Positions 19,518 to 30,216 of a DNA stretch of 64,000 nucleotides are shown piece by piece; within the stretch, counting starts at the first letter, position 1; every line of letters begins with the position of its first letter. The stretch comes from Halorutilales archaeon Cl-col2-1 (GTDB lineage Archaea; Halobacteriota; Halobacteria; Halobacteriales; Afararchaeaceae): assembly GCA_041891055.1 (NCBI GenBank), contig CP169074.1:256001-320000 (forward strand), written 5' to 3'. Made by a program: the position numbers and the translations under genes. Below the pieces are notes generated by a model. That model ran no database searches and had not been told where the DNA came from. It saw only the letters and a program-made list of their open reading frames with translations.

Positions 19518-20922
19518 TACAGCACTCCCGGTGGGTGGGAACCGGAGTCTGACCGATCTTCTGGCTCTCACGACCGTGGCGACATATGTCGTGATAGTCC
19601 TCGGAGCCACGCTTGCTATTACAGATATCGCCTCGGTCTGTCAGACTTGGCCCACGTGTAACGGGAGATGGATAGTGCTTCCGTGGGAGGGGAACCTCTT
19701 TGTGGTCTGGGGCTACAGACTCACCGTCTTAGTCACGGGAACTCTCGTAGCCGCGTCGGCGGCGGCGTCTTGGCTCGTTGAGACACGTCTCCGTGTACGT
19801 GCGGCGCTCGTAATCGCACTTTTCGCTTACCCGGTTCAGTCGGCGATAGGTGGTGCTCTTGCGACTTCGAGCGTGCCCAACCTTCCCGCGGTACATCTCG
19901 GTGTCGCGATGTCGATCTTCACGGCTCTACTACTGAGCCTGACGTGGAGACTCGACGCTAACGTTGACCCCGATGAGATAGACAGCTCCGAGCTGTCGAA
20001 GAGCGACGACGAAGAGGGCTGGGGACATCCCTCAAGCCCCACCGAGAAGATAACGATGACAGCGAAGGCGTACTACAAGCTCACGAAGCCACGTCTGATG
20101 TGGCTTCTGTGCCTCGTCGCGCTCGCGGGTATCGGCTTAGCTGTAGGAGGTTCGGGCGAGTCGGTCAGCACCGTCACGGTCGCCGCAACGCTCTTAGGCG
20201 GAGTCCTGTCGATAGGCTCGAGTGGTACCTTCAACCACGTACTCGAACGAGAGGTCGACCAGAAGATGGACAGGACGTCGGGAAGACCATTGGTTGACGG
20301 CGTCGTCCCCGTACGTAACGCCGTTGCCTTCGGTCTCGTCTTAGGCGTAGCCTCTCTGGGAGTCTTCGTCGTCTATGTCAACATACTCGCTGCAGTCCTC
20401 GACTTCATAGCCATACTCTTCTACACATTCGTCTACACGGTGGTTCTCAAGCCAAACACGACACAGAACATAGTCATAGGCGGTGCAGTCGGAGCGCTTC
20501 CCGCACTCATCGGCTGGTCGGCAGTCACCAACTCCATAGGCGTCCCCGCAGTCGTACTCGGTGCGGTCATATTCCTATGGACGCCCGCTCACTTCTACAA
20601 CCTCGCGCTCGCTTACAAGAAGGACTACGAGAGAGGCGACTTCCCGATGCTTCCCGTCGTCAGGGGAGAGAGAGTCACACTCAGACATATACTCCTCTAC
20701 CTCGGCGCGACCTTACTCTCAGCTGGAGTCTTAGGAGCTGTGGCTCCCGTTGGACTCCTCTATGGAGCTACGACAGTCGTACTCGGCTCCGTCTTCGTCT
20801 GGACAGTACTCCGTCTCTACAGGGAGCAGACGAAGAAAGCCGCCTTCCGATCTTTCCACGCGTCTAACATATACCTCGGAACACTCCTAATATCTATAGT
20901 CGTCGAGACACTGGTGATATAA
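19477..20922 (+). CDS. ctaB: Heme O synthase (protoheme IX farnesyltransferase) with N-terminal CtaA-like domain; true start may be GTG 19531
   Basis: N-terminal CQTWPTCNG; C-terminal YYKLTKPR, FNHVLEREVDQKMDRTSGRPL, NIVIGG and WTPAHF...DY. Confidence 0.88.
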   Translation: MRLKPTTQKDGRLSTALPVGGNRSLTDLLALTTVATYVVIVLGATLAITDIASVCQTWPTCNGRWIVLPWEGNLFVVWGYRLTVLVTGTLVAASAAASWLVETRLRVRAALVIALFAYPVQSAIGGALATSSVPNLPAVHLGVAMSIFTALLLSLTWRLDANVDPDEIDSSELSKSDDEEGWGHPSSPTEKITMTAKAYYKLTKPRLMWLLCLVALAGIGLAVGGSGESVSTVTVAATLLGGVLSIGSSGTFNHVLEREVDQKMDRTSGRPLVDGVVPVRNAVAFGLVLGVASLGVFVVYVNILAAVLDFIAILFYTFVYTVVLKPNTTQNIVIGGAVGALPALIGWSAVTNSIGVPAVVLGAVIFLWTPAHFYNLALAYKKDYERGDFPMLPVVRGERVTLRHILLYLGATLLSAGVLGAVAPVGLLYGATTVVLGSVFVWTVLRLYREQTKKAAFRSFHASNIYLGTLLISIVVETLVI

Positions 20923-20927
20923 TAAAT

Positions 20928-21602
20928 ATGAGCCCTCCAGACTCAAGGAGTGCCACGGGAACTCGGATAGACCTTTCGAGTATGAAGCCTCGGAGGTCGA
21001 CGCTGTCATGGGGTGCTCTGATAGTAGCAGTCGAGATACTCCTCCTTGTGGCATATTACAGCTTACCCGGAAACCGCCTCACGACGGTACGCCACAGCCT
21101 GTATCCTTTCATATGGATAAACGTCGGCGCGTGGGCAGTAATACGGACACAGCCACGTGCGACTGACTCGCGTTTGAGGTACTTCTCTGCGGGAGTCTCA
21201 GTCGTCTACTTCGTCCTCCTCATCTACTTCGGAGGTCTCATGGGCTTCAACGCAGTCGACGACGGATTCAGCATCAAGTGGCTCTCTCCCGGATGGGGTC
21301 CCGCTCTCTACTACTCGGGCGAGACCTTCTGGATAAACCTCATACCCTTCAAGACCTTCGGCTACGCCGCGCTGTCGTACCTCGTATACTCCACTGTACT
21401 CGACGCATCGAAGTCGGTCTTCTCGGGCGTGGTGGGTCTCTTTTCGTGTGTTAGCTGTACTTGGCCCATCTTCACCGCCGCAGTCACGTCGGCTCTTGGA
21501 AGCGGCTCGGCACTCACGACAACTATCTACTCGTGGTCGTACGGTCTGTCGACTCTCGTCTTTCTGACAGCCGTGGCTCTTCTCTACTGGAAACCCTACT
21601 AA
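20928..21602 (+). CDS. Conserved haloarchaeal membrane protein next to the cta genes
   Basis: Several TM segments with YPFIWIN, PGWGP and GLFSCVSCTWP motifs. Confidence 0.7.
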   Translation: MSPPDSRSATGTRIDLSSMKPRRSTLSWGALIVAVEILLLVAYYSLPGNRLTTVRHSLYPFIWINVGAWAVIRTQPRATDSRLRYFSAGVSVVYFVLLIYFGGLMGFNAVDDGFSIKWLSPGWGPALYYSGETFWINLIPFKTFGYAALSYLVYSTVLDASKSVFSGVVGLFSCVSCTWPIFTAAVTSALGSGSALTTTIYSWSYGLSTLVFLTAVALLYWKPY

Positions 21603-21611
21603 ACAACAAGA

Positions 21612-22586
21612 ATGTCGAACTCTAAATCCAAAGCCATAGAAGTCAACGGTCTGTGTAAGTCGTACGGAGAGACGGTCGCCCTTGACGGAGTCTCGTTCTC
21701 GGTCACCGAAGGCGAGATATTCACGCTGATAGGTCCCAATGGCGCGGGAAAGACCACACTCGTGAGATGTCTCACCGGAAGCCTGAGACAGTCGGAGGGA
21801 GAAGCCACCGTACTTGGGGAGTCACCGACTGACGCCGACAAGACACGTATAGGTCTCTTACCCCAGGACTTCAACCCCTCCGACCTACTCACGCCGCGCG
21901 AGATAGTCGAGTACTACTCGGGTCTCTATCCCGAGTCCGAGACGTTAGACACCGACGAGATCCTCGGACAGGTCGGGGTTCTAGACGTAGCGGGTTCGAG
22001 GTACTCGAACCTCTCGGGTGGACAGAAGAGACGAACGTGTGTTGCCTCAGCTCTTGTGAACGACCCCGACCTTCTCTTCCTCGACGAGCCCACGACGGGA
22101 ATCGACCCCGACGGAAGGCGGTCGATGTGGGAGCTAATACGGAGACTCTCCGAAAGAGGTACGACAGTCTTCCTCACGACCCATTACATGGAAGAAGCCG
22201 AGTATCTCGCCGACACAGTTGCTCTGATCGACGACGGGGGGATAGTCGAGATAGACGACCCCGACTCACTCGTGCGTGACTACGGCGGAGAGAGTAGGCT
22301 CGAAGTCAGCCTAGGGACTCAGAGTCGAGACATCTCGGAACTAGAGTCAGACGGTTTTTCCGTCAAGGTCGATCCCAACTCGCAGACGATTCGGTTTGAC
22401 GACATAGACCCGACGAGGATAGGAGACGCCGTCGATATACTTGAGTCGTCGGGAATCGAGTACGACGAACTCGTCTGGAAACAGCCCGATTTGGAGGACG
22501 TCTACCTCAATCTCACGGGTTCGAGATTCGGAACTCAGAGGAGTGATGATGTTGACGTAGACTACGAGAGAGGTGTCGAAGCGTGA
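21612..22586 (+). CDS. ABC-2 type transporter ATP-binding protein
   Basis: Motifs GPNGAGKT, LSGGQ, LLFLDEPT and TTHYMEEA. Confidence 0.92.
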   Translation: MSNSKSKAIEVNGLCKSYGETVALDGVSFSVTEGEIFTLIGPNGAGKTTLVRCLTGSLRQSEGEATVLGESPTDADKTRIGLLPQDFNPSDLLTPREIVEYYSGLYPESETLDTDEILGQVGVLDVAGSRYSNLSGGQKRRTCVASALVNDPDLLFLDEPTTGIDPDGRRSMWELIRRLSERGTTVFLTTHYMEEAEYLADTVALIDDGGIVEIDDPDSLVRDYGGESRLEVSLGTQSRDISELESDGFSVKVDPNSQTIRFDDIDPTRIGDAVDILESSGIEYDELVWKQPDLEDVYLNLTGSRFGTQRSDDVDVDYERGVEA

Positions 22587-23338
22587 TATCCGTACGCCGT
22601 GTCGCCTCGGAGGCTAAGGCATCGTGGAGAACCTTCGTCCGGAAACGTGCTGCTGTCTTCTTTACCTTCATCTTCCCTATAATGCTCGTCGGAGTACTCG
22701 CCGCAGTTGTGAGTACACAGGTCGCCTCGGGGGCAGGGGGTCTTTTCTCACAGCCCGTTGGGTACTACATACCCGGATATCTCGCGATAGTCGTCCTTTT
22801 CACACCGATGGAGAGGATGGCGAGCACCGTCGCGACCTACGACGAGGAGAGGCAGTTCGAGAAGCTGTCGAGCACACCTCTCTCGGCGTTCGAGTGGCTC
22901 TTAGCACATAGCCTTGTAGTCACGGCTCTGGTATCGGGAGCGAGTCTCCTCATACTTGTTGTGATTCTTGTCCTCACTCCGGCGGAGATAGCTGTCTCTC
23001 CCTCTCTCGCGGTCTTCGTACCCGCGGGGGTCTTCGTCTTCTCGGGTATCGGAGCTGTGATAGGACGGCTAGCCGACTCACAGGACGGTGCCATCGCCGC
23101 CGGAAACGCTCTCTCGTTCCCGATGATAGTCCTCTCCGAGACCTTCGTGACTCCCGACCTCGTTCCCGATTCCGTCGAGCCTCTGATAGGTCTCCTGCCG
23201 CTCACCTACTTCTCGCGCGGCGTGAGAGCCGCGACGTACGAGGGCTCGTCTTACTCCGTCAGTCTGGGTGTCCTTCTCGTCCTTGCTGCCGTCGCCTTCG
23301 GAGCGGGAGTCTACTTCCTCCCGTGGCGGGAGGACTGA
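22583..23338 (+). CDS. ABC-2 type transporter permease
   Basis: About six TM segments, FFTFIFP and LPLTYF. Overlaps the ATPase stop (GTGA). Confidence 0.88.
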   Translation: MISVRRVASEAKASWRTFVRKRAAVFFTFIFPIMLVGVLAAVVSTQVASGAGGLFSQPVGYYIPGYLAIVVLFTPMERMASTVATYDEERQFEKLSSTPLSAFEWLLAHSLVVTALVSGASLLILVVILVLTPAEIAVSPSLAVFVPAGVFVFSGIGAVIGRLADSQDGAIAAGNALSFPMIVLSETFVTPDLVPDSVEPLIGLLPLTYFSRGVRAATYEGSSYSVSLGVLLVLAAVAFGAGVYFLPWRED

Positions 23339-23446
23339 GACCAAAGGGAATTTTTATACTTCGGCTTCTGTTATCACAGCCTGTGATGGAAAGATCGGAT
23401 AGCGCAAAAAAGGCGGTATCTGTAACCGGGGGCGGGTGTTGAGCGG

Positions 23447-24811
23447 ATGAGCCAGCCCTCCCGTATCCGAACCCTCGTAGTCGACGACAGCTCTTTTTTC
23501 GCGAACATGCTCTCGGAGGAGCTTGAGGACAAGTACGGAATGGAGACATTCTGCGTGACGAGCGCGAGCGACGCCCTCGACATGATCGAAGAAAAGGACG
23601 TCGACTGTGTCGTGAGTGACTACGACATGCCGGGTATGGACGGGCTCGGACTCCTCCGACGTCTCCGTGAGAAGGGGATAGAGATACCGTTCCTACTTCT
23701 TACAGGACGAGGAGACGAGGAGGTCGCGAGTGAGGCGTTCAGCGGCGGCGCGACCGACTACCTCCTCAAACTCGAAATTATGGAGGACAACGAGTACAGA
23801 CGTCTCGCCAACACGATCGAGAACGCCGTCTCACAGCACCAGACACAGAAGAAGTACGAGCTTCTCGTCAACAACACCCCTGACTACATAGCACAGATAA
23901 GCTACGACGGTGAGCTTCTCGCCGTGAACCCTGCGATGGAGGAAGCCTTCGGTGAAACTGAATCAAGTCTCGTAGGTAAGTCGGTCTGTGATCTGATGCC
24001 CGACGAGGTTGGAGAGAGGAGGCTTGAGAGGGGACGTGAGGTCATAGACGAGAACGAGACGAAGACCGACGAGGACAGCTACGAGGGAAGGTACTTCCAC
24101 AACATATTCGTCCCCGTCGACCTCCACGGGGAGGAAGAGAGCTTTCAGATGATCTCGCGCGACATAACACGTAGGAAGGAGCGCGAGAAAGAGCTAGAGC
24201 TCCAGAACGAGAGGCTCGACGAGTTCGCAAGCGTAGTATCACACGACCTCAGGAACCCTCTCAACGTCGCACAGGGACGTCTAGAGATGGCACGCGAGAC
24301 AGGAGACGAGGACGAGTTCGACGAGGCTGAGGAGGCTCTAGAGAGGGTCGAGAGTATAGTCAACGACGTCCTCGACCTCGCACGTCAGGGTCAGACAGTC
24401 GGAGAGACCGACGAAGTGAGTCTCAAGGAGACCGTCAGGGATGCGTGGAGAAACGTACATACGAAGGACGCCTCTGTCGAGATAGACGACAGGCTCGGAA
24501 CCGTTTCAGCCGATGAGAGCCGTCTGCGTGAGGCTCTCGAAAACCTATTCAGGAACTCCGTTGAGCACGGAGGCGACGACGTCAGCATACACGTTGGAAG
24601 CCTAGAGGACGGATTCTACGTCGAGGACGACGGCGAGGGAATATCGGAGGACGAGAGTGAGAAAATCTTCGACCACGGCTACACGACCACCGACGAGGGT
24701 ACGGGATTCGGTCTGTCGATAGTCGAGAGCATAGTAGAGGCTCATGGATGGGAGATCGATCTCGAAAGCTCGAGTTTCGGCGGCGCGCGTTTCGAGATAC
24801 AAACGCGCTAA
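23447..24811 (+). CDS. Hybrid sensor histidine kinase (REC-PAS-HisKA-HATPase)
   Basis: LVVDD...VSDYDMPGMDG receiver domain, PAS, SHDLRNPL, ENLFRNS, DDGEG and GTGFGL. Confidence 0.92.
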   Translation: MSQPSRIRTLVVDDSSFFANMLSEELEDKYGMETFCVTSASDALDMIEEKDVDCVVSDYDMPGMDGLGLLRRLREKGIEIPFLLLTGRGDEEVASEAFSGGATDYLLKLEIMEDNEYRRLANTIENAVSQHQTQKKYELLVNNTPDYIAQISYDGELLAVNPAMEEAFGETESSLVGKSVCDLMPDEVGERRLERGREVIDENETKTDEDSYEGRYFHNIFVPVDLHGEEESFQMISRDITRRKEREKELELQNERLDEFASVVSHDLRNPLNVAQGRLEMARETGDEDEFDEAEEALERVESIVNDVLDLARQGQTVGETDEVSLKETVRDAWRNVHTKDASVEIDDRLGTVSADESRLREALENLFRNSVEHGGDDVSIHVGSLEDGFYVEDDGEGISEDESEKIFDHGYTTTDEGTGFGLSIVESIVEAHGWEIDLESSSFGGARFEIQTR

Positions 24812-25047
24812 TCCCACACCACCACTCGTGTGTTGTGTGTTTTCTAACTCTTGCGAGTATACGTAGTTATATACTGGGAAAAGTGCTTAAATAATTCATA
24901 TTTACAATTCTTAGACAGATTTGCTACTAAAGTCCCAAACCAAACATCAAATTTGTAAATATTGCGGAGTTTCCACTTTTCTGACTATTTAAAATACCTC
25001 TATTAGAAGGCATTTCTTATTCTTCCTATCACTGTGTTGTAGTAGAC

Positions 25048-26232
25048 ATGGTAGAGACGATAACAGCAGAAGAGCTGAGAGACCTACAGGACAGCGACCA
25101 AGACTACGTCCTCGTCGACACGAGGAACCAGGAGGACTTCGAGAACTGGCACGTCGGCGGAGCCGTAAACGTCGAGTACTCGTACTCTGACAGTGAGCTT
25201 AGGGGAGACTGGGACTCTGTCAAGGAAGAGTACGGCATAGACGAGGACACTCAGATAATCACTATCTGTGCGAAGGGGAAGGCGTCGGAAGCTTTCGCCG
25301 AGTATCTTGAGGACAGAGGCTATGATGACGTGATGAGTGTTGACGGTGGCATGGAAGCGTGGGGAGCCGTCTACGACAAGACGAAGATAGCCACCGACAG
25401 GGACGAGCTGGAGATCATACAGGTACAGAGGAGGTCGAAGGGCTGCCTCGGATACATAGTCGGCTGTAAGGAGACGGGAGAGGCGGCGGCGATAGATGTC
25501 ACGCGTCACAAGAACGAGTATCTCGACGCCGCCTCCGAACACGGCTACAAGATATCGGCGATATTCGAGACCCACATACACGCCGATCATCTCATGAAGG
25601 GCGCGCGCGAGCTACGTGACGAACTCGACGTACCTTACTACCTCGGAAGCGAGGCGGAGACACGCAACCCACAGTTCGAGTACGACCCCGTCGAGCCCAA
25701 CGGAACTGTCGAGGTCGGCAACGTCAGTATAAAGGCGGTACACACCCCGGGTCACACCACGGGATCGACTTCGTGGCTCGTCGAGGACGTCGCACTCATG
25801 ACGGGAGACACACTCTTCGTCGAGTCGGTCGGACGTACCGAGCTCCAGTTTGAGGGTGCCGACGCCGAGGACGCCTCGGGCGTTCTTTACGACACCCTCC
25901 AGAAGATGATGTCACAGCCCGACACGGTCAAGGTACTTCCCGCCCATTTCTCGGTCACAGACGACGGAGAGTTCATAGACGTTACTCCGGGACAGCCGAT
26001 GACGGCGACCATCGGCTACATACGTCAGAACAACGAGATGATAAAGATGGACAAGGACGAGTACGTCGATGCTGCTTTCGAGAACATGCCGTCGAAGCCT
26101 CCCAACTACGAGAACGTCATCGCTACGAACGAGGGTAAGCGAGAGCTTGAGAGCGAGGAGGAGGCAGAGGAGCTAGAGCTCGGACCCAACCGGTGTGCGG
26201 CAACCGAAGAGAGCGTAGTCGCAGACGACTAA
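25048..26232 (+). CDS. Rhodanese plus MBL-fold metallo-hydrolase (persulfide dioxygenase-like)
   Basis: N-terminal rhodanese domain (VDTR, ICAKG, GGMEAW), then ETHIHADH, HTPGHT, TGDTLF and PAH. Confidence 0.88.
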   Translation: MVETITAEELRDLQDSDQDYVLVDTRNQEDFENWHVGGAVNVEYSYSDSELRGDWDSVKEEYGIDEDTQIITICAKGKASEAFAEYLEDRGYDDVMSVDGGMEAWGAVYDKTKIATDRDELEIIQVQRRSKGCLGYIVGCKETGEAAAIDVTRHKNEYLDAASEHGYKISAIFETHIHADHLMKGARELRDELDVPYYLGSEAETRNPQFEYDPVEPNGTVEVGNVSIKAVHTPGHTTGSTSWLVEDVALMTGDTLFVESVGRTELQFEGADAEDASGVLYDTLQKMMSQPDTVKVLPAHFSVTDDGEFIDVTPGQPMTATIGYIRQNNEMIKMDKDEYVDAAFENMPSKPPNYENVIATNEGKRELESEEEAEELELGPNRCAATEESVVADD

Positions 26233-26236
26233 CTAA

Positions 26237-27130
26237 CTAATCCTCTGATCGCGGCTCTTTCTGGTTTATTTCGAGGGTTCCCGAGACCTTCTGAGGCGAG
26301 GGAGGCTGTATCTGTATCCCCACGTCCTCGAACCTCTCCTTGACACGCTGTGAGTACTCCGAGCGCACCTCAACCACGTTCGAACGCTCGGGGCTTTCGA
26401 GCCAGATACGTGACTCCAGAGCGACGTAAGAACCCGCGAACTCCTTCAGGTAGACTCCGGGCTCGGGGCTTTCGAGTATCTCGTCGTGTGCAAACGCCTC
26501 CTGTATGAGTATCTCCCTCGCTGTATCGATGTCGTCGTCGTAGTCTATCCCGAACTCGATTTCGAGACGCAGGTTCTGGTTCACCGAGACATTGGTGACC
26601 TGGTTAGCCACGAGCTGTGAGTTCGGAACCGTGACCTTCTCGTTGTTGAACTTACGTATGCGTGTCGCCCTGTAGCCTATGTCGGTTATCGTCCCTTCAA
26701 CCTCACCGAACTTTATCCAGTCGCCGTAGTTGAGTTCGGTGTCGGCGATTATCACGATGCCGCTTATGAAGTTGGAGGTGACCTCGCGTGCGGCGACACC
26801 TACTGCGACCGTCGTGGCGGCGAGAACCACAGCCGACGCTGCGAGTATCTGACCGAAGTCGGATGCGAGAGTCGACAGAACCAGAGCGACCACGAAGACT
26901 ATGAAGCTACCGAACCTTCTTACTGCGTACTTGAACCGCGTGTCTGCGTCTATGTAGTCGAGGAGCTTCAGAAAAGCCGGCTTTCCGACGTGGACTCCCA
27001 GTGTATAGAGAACTACGAGTGTGGAGATGAGAACCCCTATCTGTTGAGCCAGACCCGTGTACTCCGAGGCTATACTCACGGTGTCTACGGGGAGTATCTG
27101 GCTCGGTGTGGTGAACGCGGACTCTAACAC
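26237..27130 (-). CDS. mscS: Small-conductance mechanosensitive channel
   Basis: Motifs SNFISG, GDWI, GTITDIGYRATRI and VTVPNSQL. Confidence 0.85.
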   Translation of the reverse strand: MLESAFTTPSQILPVDTVSIASEYTGLAQQIGVLISTLVVLYTLGVHVGKPAFLKLLDYIDADTRFKYAVRRFGSFIVFVVALVLSTLASDFGQILAASAVVLAATTVAVGVAAREVTSNFISGIVIIADTELNYGDWIKFGEVEGTITDIGYRATRIRKFNNEKVTVPNSQLVANQVTNVSVNQNLRLEIEFGIDYDDDIDTAREILIQEAFAHDEILESPEPGVYLKEFAGSYVALESRIWLESPERSNVVEVRSEYSQRVKERFEDVGIQIQPPSPQKVSGTLEINQKEPRSED

Positions 27131-27178
27131 ACCGTCCTCCTACCGTCTCAAGGACGAAGAATCCATCGGCTGTAACTC

Positions 27179-28906
27179 TTAAGGTATCTCGACATCGTCG
27201 TCACACGACGGGACTTCGAGGAGCCCGCCGTTCGCGGCACTCGTTGCCATCGCTGCGTAACGTTCTAAGACGCCCGACGCGTCCTTCTCGACGGGAGACC
27301 AGTCCTCGGCGCGTTCTTCGAGGGTCTCGTCGTCGACTTCGAGCGAGAGGACACCCTCGTCGACGTCTATCCTTATCTCGTCGCCCTCCTCGACGAGTCC
27401 TATCAGACCGCCCTCCGCTGCCTCGGGGCTGACGTGTCCTATCGCCGCGCCTCTCGTGCCTCCCGAGAAACGTCCGTCGGTGATCAGAGCGACCTCACCC
27501 GAGAGAGTCGGCGAGCCGGATATCTTCGAGGTGGGCTCGAGCATCTCAGGCATTCCGGGACCTCCCTTCGGACCCTCGTACCGTATGACTATGGCGTCGC
27601 CCTTCTCTATCTCTCCGCCGTCTATGGCGTCGAGTGCTTCCTGCTGTGAGTCGTAGACACGCGCTCGTCCGGTGAACTGTCTCATCGAGTCGTCCATCGC
27701 CGCTGCCTTGACGACAGCACCCTCGGGAGCGAGGTTGCCCTTCAGGACGGCTAAGCCGCCACCGTCGTGTACGGGATCGTCGGCGGACTGGATCACCTTT
27801 CCGACCCTCTCCGCCTCGTCTATCCTCTCTCCTACCGTCTTTCCGTCTACTGTCGGACGGTCAAGATGTAGCTGATCCTGAAGCTGGGTCATCACTCCGG
27901 GGACACCGCCGTCGTCCCTGAGATGCTCCATCCTCCACGTACCTGCGGGGCTCATGTGTGCGAGATGTGGTGTCTTCTGGGCTATCTCGTCGAAGTCTGC
28001 GAGACTTATGTCGACTCCCGCCTCCTGGGCTATAGCGGGGAGATGTAACATAGTGTTGGTACTTCCTCCTAACGCGAGGTCGACAGCGAGTGCGTTCTCG
28101 AACGACTCGTGTGTGAGGAACTCTGAGGGACGTATGTCCTCACGTACCAGACGGAGTATCTCCCTTCCGCTCTTCGTAGCTATGTCGTACTTACGTGTGT
28201 CGGTCGCTCCGTAGGTCGCACATCCCGTCCATGACAGTCCGAGAGTCTCGGTGACACACGCCATCGTGTTCGCCGTGAACATGCCCGCACACGAGCCCTC
28301 GCCGGGACAAGCGTTACACTCTAGTTCGTAGAGTTCGTCCTCCGACATCTCGCCCTCGTTGTACTTACTGACCCCCTCGAAGACGGAGACGAGGTCGGCG
28401 GGCTCTCCCTCGAACTCTCCCGCCTCCATCTGACCCCCGGTAACCATTATCGCGGGTATGTCGAGACGTGCTATCGCCATCAGCATTCCCGGGACAATCT
28501 TGTCACACGACGCAAGTGCCACGATTCCGTCGAACTTGTGAGCGTTAGCCATCAGCTCGACCGAGTCGGCAATTATCTCACGCGACGGAAGGCTCGCCCT
28601 CATGCCGTCGTGTCCCATTGCTATGCCGTCGTCGACGGCTATCGTGTTGAACTCCAAGGGCGTTCCTCCTGCCTCCTCGACACCTTTCTTGACCTCCTGT
28701 GCGAGCTTGTCGAGATGGACGTGTCCCGGGACTATCTCGTTCCACGAGTTGGCGATCCCTATCAGAGGCTTGTGTATGTCCTCGTCATCGAGACCCGCGG
28801 CTCGGAAGAGAGAACGGTGGGGGGCGCGGTCGGCTCCCTCAGTCACCTCCGCGCTACGTAGCTGTGAGTCCTTTTCCGTGTTAGATTCACTGTCAGAGGC
28901 TTCCAT
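27179..28906 (-). CDS. ilvD: Dihydroxy-acid dehydratase
   Basis: Motifs VDDGIAMGH, CDKIVPG, GSCAGMFTANTM, GGSTN, YEGPKGGPGMPEM and TDGRFSG. Confidence 0.95.
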   Translation of the reverse strand: MEASDSESNTEKDSQLRSAEVTEGADRAPHRSLFRAAGLDDEDIHKPLIGIANSWNEIVPGHVHLDKLAQEVKKGVEEAGGTPLEFNTIAVDDGIAMGHDGMRASLPSREIIADSVELMANAHKFDGIVALASCDKIVPGMLMAIARLDIPAIMVTGGQMEAGEFEGEPADLVSVFEGVSKYNEGEMSEDELYELECNACPGEGSCAGMFTANTMACVTETLGLSWTGCATYGATDTRKYDIATKSGREILRLVREDIRPSEFLTHESFENALAVDLALGGSTNTMLHLPAIAQEAGVDISLADFDEIAQKTPHLAHMSPAGTWRMEHLRDDGGVPGVMTQLQDQLHLDRPTVDGKTVGERIDEAERVGKVIQSADDPVHDGGGLAVLKGNLAPEGAVVKAAAMDDSMRQFTGRARVYDSQQEALDAIDGGEIEKGDAIVIRYEGPKGGPGMPEMLEPTSKISGSPTLSGEVALITDGRFSGGTRGAAIGHVSPEAAEGGLIGLVEEGDEIRIDVDEGVLSLEVDDETLEERAEDWSPVEKDASGVLERYAAMATSAANGGLLEVPSCDDDVEIP

Positions 28907-29079
28907 ACGTGGATTTCGTCTGCTTTTCTTATAAGTCCGACCATGTCGGTCTGTAGTGTCTTCACAAACCCAGTCTCAAGTAGAAGGTTTTTACGCGGAA
29001 AGTATCAAGCCACGAACGCATGACACGTAGCAGATCAGACAGTCGTACAGTCGAGGTATACGTATTTAGCTGATCAGAC

Positions 29080-30177
29080 ATGGAGACTCCGTCATACTCT
29101 TACTCCGGCATACAGAAGGCGTTTCTGAGACACCAGCATTTCTTTGTCTTCGCAGCACCCGTGATCTTCGTTGCTGCTGTCTATCTCTTCGCGCCGACTT
29201 CGGCGCAGGCACAGGCGACTCAGGGTAGCTACTGGTTACGTTACTGGTGGCTCTTCCCTTTCTTTGTCCTCGGAGCCACGACGGTCAACACGGTTGGAAT
29301 AAGCGGATCGGCCCTCTTCGTGCCTTTCTTCATATTCATCTTCCCGATCCTGTCGCACCAACTAGAGCCCGAGACACTCGTCAAGGTCGGTCTGATAAGC
29401 GAGGCATTCGGTCTGTCGAGTTCGTCGATTGCCTTCATACGTTACGGACTCGTCGACAGACGTGTCGCACTCGCTCTCGTCGGAGGATCGCTCCCCTTCG
29501 TCGTTGGGGGCGCGCTCCTCTCATTCGTGATACCCGAGGTAGTCTTCCACTCGCTTCTCGGGGTAGCCCTACTCGCTTCGGCTTACCTCCTGTCACGAAC
29601 CGACCTGAGCCACGGACACGGTGACTCCTCCGAGACTTCGTCTGCGACGACCGACGGCGGCACGGCTTCGAGCCTCCCCAACGACCCCGGAATGGTTGGT
29701 GAAGCAGGAGTCGAAACCGACGAGGACGGTACCGTGACACGTGTCGACTGTGAGGGAGACGACTACACCTACGACCGTTCGGGTTATCTCAGACGGTTCG
29801 CCAACTACGGCATAGGTGGCTCGTTCCAGGGACTCGCCGGATTCGGCATAGGTGAACTCGGTATCATATCAATGCTTGGAACACGTGTCCCAATACGTGT
29901 CGCGATAGGCACGAACCACATAGTCGTGGCTCTTACCGCGATACTCGCCTCAGCGGTTCATATATTCGGCGGCGGCTTGGTCGGAGGACACTCGATGAAC
30001 ATCGCTTCGACGCCGTGGAACATGGTAGTCTTCACCGTCCCGGCGACCGTCTTAGGCGGACAGGTAGCCCCCTATGTCTCGAACGCCTTAGAGACCCAGA
30101 CGATAAAGAAGTTCGTCTGCGGACTCTTCTCGGTGATCGCAGTTGCCCTCTTCCTCATGGCGTCTGGCGGGATATAG
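29080..30177 (+). CDS. Sulfite exporter TauE/SafE family protein
   Basis: Two internal TSUP halves (GISGSALFVP; GLAGFGIGELG...AIGTNH) and many TM segments. Confidence 0.82.
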   Translation: METPSYSYSGIQKAFLRHQHFFVFAAPVIFVAAVYLFAPTSAQAQATQGSYWLRYWWLFPFFVLGATTVNTVGISGSALFVPFFIFIFPILSHQLEPETLVKVGLISEAFGLSSSSIAFIRYGLVDRRVALALVGGSLPFVVGGALLSFVIPEVVFHSLLGVALLASAYLLSRTDLSHGHGDSSETSSATTDGGTASSLPNDPGMVGEAGVETDEDGTVTRVDCEGDDYTYDRSGYLRRFANYGIGGSFQGLAGFGIGELGIISMLGTRVPIRVAIGTNHIVVALTAILASAVHIFGGGLVGGHSMNIASTPWNMVVFTVPATVLGGQVAPYVSNALETQTIKKFVCGLFSVIAVALFLMASGGI

Positions 30178-30216
30178 AGAAGAGACACGAGACACGGACA
30201 CGAGCTTTTTTACTCT

